Positions 10,460-18,953 of a stretch of 64,000 bases of DNA are shown here, piece by piece. The number at the start of each line of letters is the position of its first letter. Position 1 is the stretch's first letter. Source of the stretch: an uncultured Candidatus Saccharibacteria bacterium (GTDB lineage: Bacteria > Patescibacteriota > Minisyncoccia > UBA6257 > JACOXY01); the NCBI GenBank assembly GCA_964357615.1, contig CAYHMC010000003.1, positions 34,678 through 98,677 of the forward strand. Reading direction: 5' to 3'. The notes beneath the pieces were generated by a model. That model did not search any database. It was not told where the DNA came from and was given only the letters and a program-made list of their open reading frames with translations. The translations under genes and the position numbers were made by a program.

Positions 10460-10714
10460 CTATTTGCGACGCTTGCGACTCTTGCCACCGCCACTCTTCA
10501 ATCCTTGAACCATCATCTGGAAACCTACGTAGATGATCCCAAGAATCACCACGTAGTTCAAAATGTGCTCGAGGAGTGGAGTTATGTGGTTTACAGCCAC
10601 AATTCCAAGTCCCGGAACCACAGAGAGGAACACAAGGACGAGAAACCCAATCGTCCAGAGACCTCTGGGAGGAAAGAAAAGATATCTTCCCCATGCTTCG
10701 AAAAAATCTCTCAT
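10460..10714 (-). CDS. Small membrane protein (84 aa, two TM helices), cassette 1 gene B
   Basis: SD GAGGAG sits 8 nt before the ATG. Two hydrophobic helices and a basic C-terminus. GC-rich codon usage unlike the flanking genes. Confidence 0.45.
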   Translation of the reverse strand: MRDFFEAWGRYLFFPPRGLWTIGFLVLVFLSVVPGLGIVAVNHITPLLEHILNYVVILGIIYVGFQMMVQGLKSGGGKSRKRRK

Positions 10715-11064
10715 ACTCTTTTCTCCTCGCTCAAATTTTTATTTGAGCTGTTATTGGTTTTTGATGTGCTGTCATTGCTTCCTTTCAAAATATTTATTGA
10801 GTTAAATATTTTGAAAGGAACCCGAGAGAGTCGACCGGCAATTTCTTGCTCGGCTCGCTCCCTCGGGAAAACGGGTTTTTCTCCGGCTATAAACCCGAAA
10901 ACGGTTCTGCTTTTTTTTGAGTCCGAGAGGGGGATCGGCCCTTCACAGCTGGCTTCTGCCCTCTCGGTGGTAGGTTTTTGCTGAAAACCTTTCCCCAAAA
11001 CAGCGCGCGCAATCCAGGTCAGGCACCTGGGAGCAGGAAGGATTTGGAGTCGTTTAGCACTCCG

Positions 11065-11298
11065 TTATCCTGCTCGTTCGCTTTGAGTCCGGAATGGACC
11101 CCTCACCCGACCCGGGCGAGCAAGCCTATCGTCCTGAACGAATCGGCATGGCAGCGAACCGCCTACATTCTGCATCGAGTGGCCAAACTCGTATGCAGAC
11201 CTCTGCTGAACACATGGGATTTTCCCCTGTGACCCCGTACCCGGATGGCTGCGCGCGTCCATCTGTACAGGAATTAAGATTTTTCTTCGGTAAGCCAT
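11065..11298 (-). CDS. Questionable small ORF (77 aa), cassette 1 gene C; start lies inside the repeated leader element and has no SD
   Basis: Open frame in GC-rich DNA. The region is full of hairpins and may instead be non-coding. Confidence 0.2.
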   Translation of the reverse strand: MAYRRKILIPVQMDARSHPGTGSQGKIPCVQQRSAYEFGHSMQNVGGSLPCRFVQDDRLARPGRVRGPFRTQSERAG

Positions 11299-11578
11299 AG
11301 CTTTAAACGAAGGCTACCCTAATTTCTGTACAGATGATTTACATACCTACTTAAAAAATTTAGCGAAGAACTTTTCTGTTTCGTCCTGAGCTTGTCGAAG
11401 GACTCATCAGTACGAGCATACACTCGTAGACAGAAAGGAGTTTTAAGGTCTCCTTAAACCCTACGCTGTGGTCTCGCTCATGCTTATCAAAAAGTTTGGC
11501 TAGAACTTTTATGTTCTGCTAATGCAGAACTTTTGCATGAATCCCCACTTACGTCTGCGCAAACGGCCAGAGCAACCC

Positions 11579-11857
11579 TTAACCGATACTCAGGTCAAGT
11601 ATTTGTCCGACGTAATCCTTAACATCAACACCTTGCGGTGGAGCGCCAAGAACCACGTACAGACAACGGTCGCTGTAGGCGGATGACATAGCTCGGAAGT
11701 CTGCGCTAATATTCTTAGCCGCAAGCGTCCGACGCACATGCGCAATCCGCCTCTGGCAGGTAGGACAACCATCCGCTTCGGCTACTTCGAAAAGAATGTT
11801 GCCATTCTCCTCCAGTATCGAGCGCGGAGTTGCCCAGCCTTGCACGCGAACTTGCAT
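11579..11857 (-). CDS. Small CxxC (CPTC) protein, thioredoxin/glutaredoxin-like guess, cassette 1 gene D
   Basis: SD GGAGG sits 6 nt before the ATG, and a 7-bp hairpin (CCTCAGA…TCTGAGG) sits just 5' of the SD. The protein contains GCPTCQ. Confidence 0.4.
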   Translation of the reverse strand: MQVRVQGWATPRSILEENGNILFEVAEADGCPTCQRRIAHVRRTLAAKNISADFRAMSSAYSDRCLYVVLGAPPQGVDVKDYVGQILDLSIG

Positions 11858-12039
11858 AATTCACCTCCTTTCATGCCTCAGAGCCATCTGAGGGTTAGTT
11901 GTGAATTATAAATCCATTCTCGAAGAACTTTCAGAAAACAAAATGTTTTCCTGTTAAAACATTCCAATCTTGAAATGCTTTAACAGAAACCCGAATTTTG
12001 TCTCGGGCGGGACACTCGTTTTTCCGGATAACGAGAAAC

Positions 12040-12273
12040 CTACATCGCGAGCTGGGGCTCCTTACGAACTGGGAGTCCCAGCTGGGCGAGTTCGGCGCGA
12101 ACCTTTTGGACCAGCGGACGGTCCGGAAGATTCACTTGCAAGGTAGCTTTACAGCCCTTGCACTTGCCGACCTGACCCAAGAGAGCAAGACGAATGCCCT
12201 CTCGCGGTGAGCGATGCGGACGATTTCGATGTCCGCATTCCTCACAGTAAACATAGAATGGTTTAAAGAACAT
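12040..12273 (-). CDS. Small zinc-ribbon protein (CxxC…CxxC), cassette 1 gene E
   Basis: SD GGAGG sits 4 nt before the ATG. Cys pairs YCEECGH and KCKGCK are spaced 24 aa apart. Confidence 0.4.
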   Translation of the reverse strand: MFFKPFYVYCEECGHRNRPHRSPREGIRLALLGQVGKCKGCKATLQVNLPDRPLVQKVRAELAQLGLPVRKEPQLAM

Positions 12274-12629
12274 TCGACCTCCGATTTCAACCCTAACCTG
12301 CTATTTCTAGTCAGGATTTTACAGGGCGTGATTCCTTAAGGAGAGACCACAGCAAAAGTTCAAATTACTATTTATAACTATGCTAAACTTTTTTCTATGG
12401 CCTCCCCTAAAGGAGGCGGGAGAGATATGTTTAGGTCTGTTATTTTGTAGTTACGACCAATCATCATATCTGCACCCCATATTTATTTTCTGCGGTCATT
12501 ATACTCGATTTTTATGTATTTGTCAAGTGTCGGTGACAAACCGCTAAAATAAGCCTTATTTACTATATTTTATAAGAAAATTACTCTTTATTACTATGTC
12601 AAAATAGATAGACTTAGTTTTTAATATAC

Positions 12630-12658
12630 TTGACTAAAAGTAAATTATATGTTACAAT
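12630..12658 (+). promoter_or_regulatory. Consensus sigma70-type promoter (TTGACT-17-TACAAT) driving a non-coding unit
   Basis: The -35 TTGACT is at 12630, then a 17-nt spacer, then -10 TACAAT at 12653. Confidence 0.5.
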
Positions 12659-12664
12659 CTGCTC

Positions 12665-12938
12665 GAATGTGGCTATTCTGGTTTTTGTTTGGGCCAAGCT
12701 ATGTTCAGAGTCTGCGCAACCCTCGACTAAGTCGAGGTGGGGCTAAGGAGGTGCCAAATGAAGCTAGGCGGATCAGGTATCTAAAGCAACTCAATTCTGT
12801 GGTCTCTTTTGCAATCACATAGTCTGCTAGGCCAGAGAACAGCAACCAAAAAAAGTCAGTTCAATAGGCATTCCGATATAATTAAATATATCAACTTCCG
12901 GAGGCACCACCATGTGGCAAGCCTCCACTTTTTATTTT
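12665..12938 (+). ncRNA. Candidate structured sRNA (~270 nt), identity unresolved (6S-like architecture possible)
   Basis: Runs from the promoter to an intrinsic terminator (CCGGAGGC…GCCTCC plus T-run, 12898..12938). No ORF beyond 8 codons. The 5' end (GGTTTTTGTTTGGGCCAAGCTATG) pairs with the 3' end (CATAG.GCTAGGCC…AACCAAAAA). Confidence 0.35.
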
Positions 12939-13025
12939 AGCCTACAACTTTAATGCTAATTTTTAATCAAAATTAAAAAATCCAAAGAATTTATTCTTTG
13001 GATTGTAACAACCATAAAAGCTAAC

Positions 13026-13787
13026 TTAATTTAATTTCTTCCACAAAAGCTCAAAAAGTGCTCGCATTGAATTCGCAATATCTCTGTCTTCTATTAAAAC
13101 ACCAGCTGACTTATCACGAAAAGCTGAAATACTCATAACATCGTCATAAATAGCTAAATCACAGGTAAACGGAAATTGTTCTACTGGAATAAATCTTGTT
13201 TCGCGAAGCAACGCTTTATTTTCTCTGCCTAAGATATCCCCCTTACTACTAGTGTAAATGAGTCTTGATTTAATACCTTTTTGCACTCGGCGTGGCGCAT
13301 GCTTTTCTGGATGATTAGGAAAAATTTTTAAAATACCATCAACATCTGCAATTGATATAATTTGTTTATTTTTCATCTTAAGAGCTTCGTCCTGCATTGT
13401 TTGCAATCCTTCCTTGCCCTCAAAAAATCTAACCTTGGGACGCGTACCAGAAAGTTTAAATAAATTTGAAAGCTCTGGGAGATTATTTTTTAGTGTTGAT
13501 GCACGCTCTTTAGCCTTAGCATTTTCGTTCTCAACAATTTTTTGTAAATGATCAGGATCTTCAGCCCGGAAATAAGTTTTGCCAGCTCCGCCCTTTTTTA
13601 TAATTTTTTCGAAACTGGAAACAAGCCCCATTTTCATGAGTGCTTCAAGTTGAACATAAGTTGTTGGTCTTTTTACTCCAGCCTTTTTTGCTACCTCATC
13701 TGCCGTAGCGCTGCCAATTTCTAAAAGCGCTAGATATACCCTTGCTTCATTTTCAGATAAACCAATTTTTTTAAGTTCTTCGTGCAT
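13026..13787 (-). CDS. TrmB-family transcriptional regulator
   Basis: N-terminal wHTH LSENEARVYLALLEIGSATADEVAKKAGVKRPTTYVQLEALMKMGLVS, typical of TrmB. Confidence 0.7.
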   Translation of the reverse strand: MHEELKKIGLSENEARVYLALLEIGSATADEVAKKAGVKRPTTYVQLEALMKMGLVSSFEKIIKKGGAGKTYFRAEDPDHLQKIVENENAKAKERASTLKNNLPELSNLFKLSGTRPKVRFFEGKEGLQTMQDEALKMKNKQIISIADVDGILKIFPNHPEKHAPRRVQKGIKSRLIYTSSKGDILGRENKALLRETRFIPVEQFPFTCDLAIYDDVMSISAFRDKSAGVLIEDRDIANSMRALFELLWKKLN

Positions 13788-13822
13788 AAAATTATTATAT
13801 CACTAGTTTGCTTAATTTTAAT

Positions 13823-16800
13823 CTAATGACTTTTTAATCCCACCCACACATCGCTTTCTTCGATTTTAGTCTCTATTTCTGCATCAATTTTATTCGTGCG
13901 CTTTAAATTAAGTTTTGTAGCACCCACCTGCTTAATAAATTCTTCACTATGACGTTCAATAATACCTCCGAATTGCTTTGAATCTAAATAGATTTCTATT
14001 TTATTTTTTGGTTGCAATTCAGCTTTTTGTCTTAATTCTTGCACAAGCCTTATAAATTCTCGAAGTATTCCTTCTTCGCGAAGCTCAGGTGTAATTTTTG
14101 TATCTAATTCAACACTCACATCTTTAAGTGTGTCGGAAATTTTTATTTCTTTAACATTAATTTCTTCTTTCAGAATACTAATAAGTTCTTTTTCTTTTAC
14201 AATCTTCGAAGCATCAGATTTTTTAGAAATATAAAGAACCGAAAGTGGTTGTCTAACTTTTATTCCAGCCTCTGCGCGCTTCGCTAATGCTTCGGTTGCG
14301 AGAGATCGCACCCAATGCATATTTTCAAGCAAGTTATTATCAATATGTTTTTTACTTACCACTGGCCAATCCTCAATATGAATTGAATCTTTATGCTCCC
14401 CACTTAAATTCAAAGACTTATAGATTGATTCTCCAAAAAATGGAGCGAATGGGGCCATAAGTTTTGCAATTTCTAAAATTGCAAAGCCCAAAGTTGCCGA
14501 ACAATCCTTAAAATCATTATTATCTTCTGGCCTCTGGAGACGACGACGAGAACGCCTTATGTACCATCTTGATAAATTATCTATCAGTTCTTCAATTGCT
14601 TTTGCTGCATTGCCAACTTCATATTTTTCTAATTCTTCTGTAACTTTCAATATTGTTTTGTTTAAACTTGCCAAAATCCACTTATCTAAAATATGTTTTG
14701 ATTTTAAATTTTTAAATACAGGGATTGGACTCTTATCTGCGTACATTTCATAAAAAACAAAAGAATTATACAAAATATTAAAAACTCTATTTTGAACTTT
14801 TTTAATATCAATTTCATCAAAGTTTTTTGTTTCTCCTGGGGCATTGATTGTATAAAAATACCACCTAATAGCATCAACACCATATTTAGCAATTACATCC
14901 CAGGGATTTACAACATTGCCCTTAGACTTCGACATTTTTTGCCCAAATTTATCATTAATAAGTCCAAGACAAATCACATTTTTAAATGGTGGCTCTTTAT
15001 GTCCCAGTAGCGTCCCAACCGTAAGGAGCGTATAAAACCAACCGCGCGTTTGATCGATTGCTTCACAAATAAAATCAGCTGGGTATGGAAATTCTTTTAA
15101 TCCTAGTCGTCTATCGTCTTTAACCAATGGATTACTTTTTTTGTATTTATTATCAACTGCAAACGGATAATGGGCTGATGCAAGTGGCATTGCGCCAGAA
15201 TCAAACCAAACATCGGCAACTTCTTTTATTCGCATCATCTTTCCATTACACTTTTTACATTTTAATACTACTTCATCTATGAAGGGGCGGTGCATATCAA
15301 GCTCGCCCTGTGTGTTATATGGCCAATTATTTAATTTTACTTTACGCGACTCACCAACCCGAATATAATCCATAGCCAACATTTCTTCATTAGAAAAATT
15401 TTTCATAGCACCCTCCATCATCCACAGTGGATCTCCGTGACTAACTATTAGAATGCGCTTATTAACATGGAGCTTATTAATTTCTCTAATAAATCCAAAT
15501 ACTCTCTTTTTTATATCAGTTAAATTTTCTCCCCCAGGCGGTGTTTTTGTAAATTCTTCAGACGGTGAATCAAAGAAAGCTTTGTGTTCTTTGGTTGGTT
15601 TTTCATTGAATATTCCAGCATTTGCTTCTTCTATTCTTTTATCTACAATAACTTTTATATCTGATGCTTTTCCTATTTCTTTGGCTAGCTCTAGTGCGCG
15701 CTTATAGGGAGATGAATAAATCACATCAATTTTTCCCTTTAACTTTTTAGCAATTTCGATTGCTTCTTTTTTACCTTTTTCTGTAAGTGGTTCTATTTTC
15801 CCCTTTGGGCCAGATGCCACAATATCCTTAACATTGTGTAATGCTTCTGTATGGCGCTGTAGCATAAATTCATTACCATAATAATCATGCTCGTTTAACT
15901 CCGATAAACCTTGTATTACATTTTCAATTCCACAATCCTCACAAGACCAAACAGGAAGCGGTGTACCCCAATAACGCTGTCTTGAAATAGCCCAATCTTT
16001 TGCTTCTTTAATCCATTCTCCAAAACGCCCTTCTTTTATGTGCTCTGGTATCCAATTAATTTTTTTATTGGAAGATAGAAGTTGTGGTCGGAGCTTAGAA
16101 ACTTCTATAAACCATGCTGTTCTAGCAAAATAAATAAGCGGAGTAGAACATCTCCAGCAAAAAGGATATTCATGTTCTTGTTTCTCTGACTTATACATCA
16201 ATCCCCTTTTTTCTAAGTCAGCAATGATATCATTGTCTGCGCTTTTGATAAATTTATGCGCTCCTGGGAATCCAGCTACCATATTACCATCGTCATCAAC
16301 TGTCACTGGAATATTTTGATATGAAAAACTATCCACAGATGATTTAATCAAATTAAAATCATCGACACCAAAAGCTGGCGCGATATGAACAAAACCTGTG
16401 CCATCTTCTACTAAAACAAAATCAGCGCTATAGACGCGATAAGAATTATCGCTTGATAGCTTATTGTGCGAAGTTTTATACAATGGTTCGTATTCAAGAC
16501 CAATCAATTTTTTACCAGATATTTTCTCGACAGCTTCTATGCTGTAATCTTCTTTCGTGGGAGGAGGATTTATAGACCAAATATATTCCAGCTTAGCGCC
16601 AGTCGAAAAAGATTTTTTTATAGCGTACTTTGTATATGTAACTCCAGAATTAACTGCGATAGCAACATTAGCTGGAAGTGTCCATGGCGTTGTAGTCCAA
16701 ACCAATAAGTATTCGTTTGTTTTATTTTTTATTTTGAACTTTATGTAAATTGATGGGTCTTTAACTTTTTTATATACACCAGGTTGACCCAACTCATGAC

Positions 16801-17368
16801 TCGCTAAAACCGTTTGACACCTTGGACAATATGGAACAACTTTATAATCTTTGCGTAATAAACCTTTATTTGATATTTGCGACAAAACCCACCAAAGCGA
16901 TTCAATATAATAATTTTCATAAGTAGCATAGGCGTTTTTTAAATCCAACCAAAATCCTATACGATTAGTCATTTTTTCCCACTCATCTTTATATTTCCAA
17001 ACAACTTCTTTAGCTTTTTGATTAAATAATCCTATGCCGAACTGTTCAATATCTTTTTTGTTCTTAATTCCTAATTCTTTTTCAACTTCTATTTCCACGG
17101 GGAGGCCATGAGTATCCCAGCCAGCACGGCGCGGAACATAATAACCACGCATAGTTTTATATCTAAGTATAATATCTTTAAAAACACGGCCCAATATATG
17201 ATGAATACCTGGCCTTCCATTGGCTGTTGGAGGACCTTCGTAAAAAACAAATCTTTCTCCCTTCTCTTTGGTCTTTAAAGTTTTCTCGAAAATTTGATTC
17301 GTTTTCCAATATTCTAAGACTTTTTCTTCAATGTCTGCTAGTTTAAATTCTTTTAGATTTTTTAACAT
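13823..17368 (-). CDS. ileS: Isoleucyl-tRNA synthetase (type 2) carrying an inserted histidine-phosphatase-like domain
   Basis: PPTANG…IHHILG (HIGH region), the CP1 editing domain, KMSKS, and zinc knuckles WSCEDCG and CKKCNG. About 185 aa between the knuckles carry LQRHTE, SSPYKRALELA and IVSHGD (RHG / SHG phosphatase motifs). Confidence 0.9.
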   Translation of the reverse strand: MLKNLKEFKLADIEEKVLEYWKTNQIFEKTLKTKEKGERFVFYEGPPTANGRPGIHHILGRVFKDIILRYKTMRGYYVPRRAGWDTHGLPVEIEVEKELGIKNKKDIEQFGIGLFNQKAKEVVWKYKDEWEKMTNRIGFWLDLKNAYATYENYYIESLWWVLSQISNKGLLRKDYKVVPYCPRCQTVLASHELGQPGVYKKVKDPSIYIKFKIKNKTNEYLLVWTTTPWTLPANVAIAVNSGVTYTKYAIKKSFSTGAKLEYIWSINPPPTKEDYSIEAVEKISGKKLIGLEYEPLYKTSHNKLSSDNSYRVYSADFVLVEDGTGFVHIAPAFGVDDFNLIKSSVDSFSYQNIPVTVDDDGNMVAGFPGAHKFIKSADNDIIADLEKRGLMYKSEKQEHEYPFCWRCSTPLIYFARTAWFIEVSKLRPQLLSSNKKINWIPEHIKEGRFGEWIKEAKDWAISRQRYWGTPLPVWSCEDCGIENVIQGLSELNEHDYYGNEFMLQRHTEALHNVKDIVASGPKGKIEPLTEKGKKEAIEIAKKLKGKIDVIYSSPYKRALELAKEIGKASDIKVIVDKRIEEANAGIFNEKPTKEHKAFFDSPSEEFTKTPPGGENLTDIKKRVFGFIREINKLHVNKRILIVSHGDPLWMMEGAMKNFSNEEMLAMDYIRVGESRKVKLNNWPYNTQGELDMHRPFIDEVVLKCKKCNGKMMRIKEVADVWFDSGAMPLASAHYPFAVDNKYKKSNPLVKDDRRLGLKEFPYPADFICEAIDQTRGWFYTLLTVGTLLGHKEPPFKNVICLGLINDKFGQKMSKSKGNVVNPWDVIAKYGVDAIRWYFYTINAPGETKNFDEIDIKKVQNRVFNILYNSFVFYEMYADKSPIPVFKNLKSKHILDKWILASLNKTILKVTEELEKYEVGNAAKAIEELIDNLSRWYIRRSRRRLQRPEDNNDFKDCSATLGFAILEIAKLMAPFAPFFGESIYKSLNLSGEHKDSIHIEDWPVVSKKHIDNNLLENMHWVRSLATEALAKRAEAGIKVRQPLSVLYISKKSDASKIVKEKELISILKEEINVKEIKISDTLKDVSVELDTKITPELREEGILREFIRLVQELRQKAELQPKNKIEIYLDSKQFGGIIERHSEEFIKQVGATKLNLKRTNKIDAEIETKIEESDVWVGLKSH

Positions 17369-17400
17369 ATTTTACAAATTTACTAATCAAAGAGTTATTA

Positions 17401-17557
17401 GGCCTGTTCCGCAATAATTTTCGTAGCGAGAGTTCCAGATTTTGAGCGAAGTGAAGTAAAAATTTCGAGAATGTATATAGAATATACTTCAAGAAATTTT
17501 TACAAAACTGGAGCCAAAATATGGAAATTGTAGTAGAGAATTATTATGGAACAGGTC
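17401..17557. repeat. 157-nt repeat element, copy 1 (covarying terminal helix; second copy at 28949..29105)
   Basis: Core identical or near-identical to copy 2: TTCCAGATTTT..GCGAAG.GAAGTAAAAATTT.GA…GTATATAGAATATACTTCAAGAAATTTTTACAAA..TGGAGC.AAAATATGGAA. Closed by a ~20-bp helix ggcctgttcc…ggaacaggtc. Confidence 0.7.
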
Positions 17558-17734
17558 TATCGTTACATTCTACAGAAAATCCACCATTTTGTGAAACGCA
17601 TGCTATAATAAACTTATGAATCCCGTACGAAATCACGAACACAAATTTAAACATAACATATCTACCATCTTTATTATTAAACATAATATTACGCGAAAAA
17701 ATAAATCATTAGTTCGTGTTCTATTTCGTACGGG

Positions 17735-18616
17735 ATGAATTTTCTTATTCCATTTTTAGGTGCGCTACTTGGCTCTGGAGCAATTATTGTAGATAAAATT
17801 CTTCTTGGCGGAAAAGGCATCACATACAAAAACTATTCTATAATATCATTTCTTGCCGCACTTTTTGTAGCAGGTATAGCATTTATTTTCGTAGGCAAGC
17901 CAATAGTGTCCGAGTTGTTTTATGGCTATGCTGGCTTTCTCTTGATTTTTACGACAATCGCGATTCTAACTTCAAACCTACTTTATTTTCATGCGCTTAA
18001 GCACGACTTGTTAACTGAAATGGAAACGGTGGGTTTATTATCATATATTCCAGTTATAGCTACTTCGTATATTTTTTACACCGATGAACGAAGTTTGCCA
18101 GTTCTTATTTCTGCAATAATAGCATCGCTAGCTGTAATATGGTCACACTGGAAAAAAGGACATCCATTTGTTAGGAAAAGAACTTATCCTTACCTTTTGT
18201 GGTTATTGATTATTGCGCCGATAGAGGCGATTGCTTTTAAAGAAATATTTCTTATGTGGGACCCGATTTCACTTCAGTTTGTGCGTGAAATTATTATAGT
18301 TCCAATTCTGGGTTATATGTATGCAGACACACTAAGGCGTGTTCCAGTGCGGTCTTTTTTTGCAATTTTTTTTACAGGAGCAGTTCTTACTTTAAGTTCT
18401 ATTTTGTTTTTTGTTAGCTACAGCAAATTAGGCATAATCCGTACTACTCTAATTTTTAACTTACAACCATTGCTTGCGTATATCGGAGCGCTTCTTTTTC
18501 TTAAAGAGAAATTTAACAGAAAAAAATTTATTGCATTTTTAATAGTTCTAATTTCAATTGTAGTAGCTCAGAATTACGAACAAATAGAGCTTTTTATAAA
18601 ACAATCCCTACAGTAA
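17735..18616 (+). CDS. Polytopic membrane protein, DMT/EamA-like transporter
   Basis: About 10 predicted TM helices; duplicated 5-TM organisation. Confidence 0.5.
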   Translation: MNFLIPFLGALLGSGAIIVDKILLGGKGITYKNYSIISFLAALFVAGIAFIFVGKPIVSELFYGYAGFLLIFTTIAILTSNLLYFHALKHDLLTEMETVGLLSYIPVIATSYIFYTDERSLPVLISAIIASLAVIWSHWKKGHPFVRKRTYPYLLWLLIIAPIEAIAFKEIFLMWDPISLQFVREIIIVPILGYMYADTLRRVPVRSFFAIFFTGAVLTLSSILFFVSYSKLGIIRTTLIFNLQPLLAYIGALLFLKEKFNRKKFIAFLIVLISIVVAQNYEQIELFIKQSLQ

Positions 18617-18650
18617 ATTGTCTATCTTGGTTTTTCTAAAATAAAAACCG

Positions 18651-18926
18651 CTACTTGCGGTTTGGATAATTTACTAAAATATTCTGAACTCTTCCCTCTG
18701 AAAAAACAAGAGAGGTGCCCGGATAAATAATCTCAAAATAATCTTCTTGAACTATCAGCTCAAATCCATCACGAAATTTTATATAATGTTTATCGCTAAA
18801 TGATATTACCTCGGAAGGAATAACAACCCCAGCATCATCATAAAGATTTCCTTTCCTTTTCCTTAAAACTTTATAGAAGTACACAATCAGACAAGGTTTT
18901 GAATTTGTCGCCACCACTACCTCCAT
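18651..18926 (-). CDS. Hypothetical small protein (91 aa)
   Basis: ORF between convergent genes. No motifs. Confidence 0.3.
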   Translation of the reverse strand: MEVVVATNSKPCLIVYFYKVLRKRKGNLYDDAGVVIPSEVISFSDKHYIKFRDGFELIVQEDYFEIIYPGTSLVFSEGRVQNILVNYPNRK

Positions 18927-18953
18927 CAGATAATAAAAACCGTCCGAACTATA

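Noticed and set aside
10358-10984. 208-aa plus-strand ORF and the 10711..10998 / 10398..10694 minus-strand ORFs in cassette 1
   Set aside because: They run straight through multiple strong hairpins (including the 15-bp perfect hairpin), have low-complexity translations and no RBS. The short SD-preceded ORFs are better supported.
17401-17557. MITE interpretation of the 157-nt repeats
   Set aside because: Not excluded, but the terminal inverted repeats differ in sequence between copies while staying complementary. That fits a structured RNA better than transposase-recognised TIRs. No transposase is present in the window.
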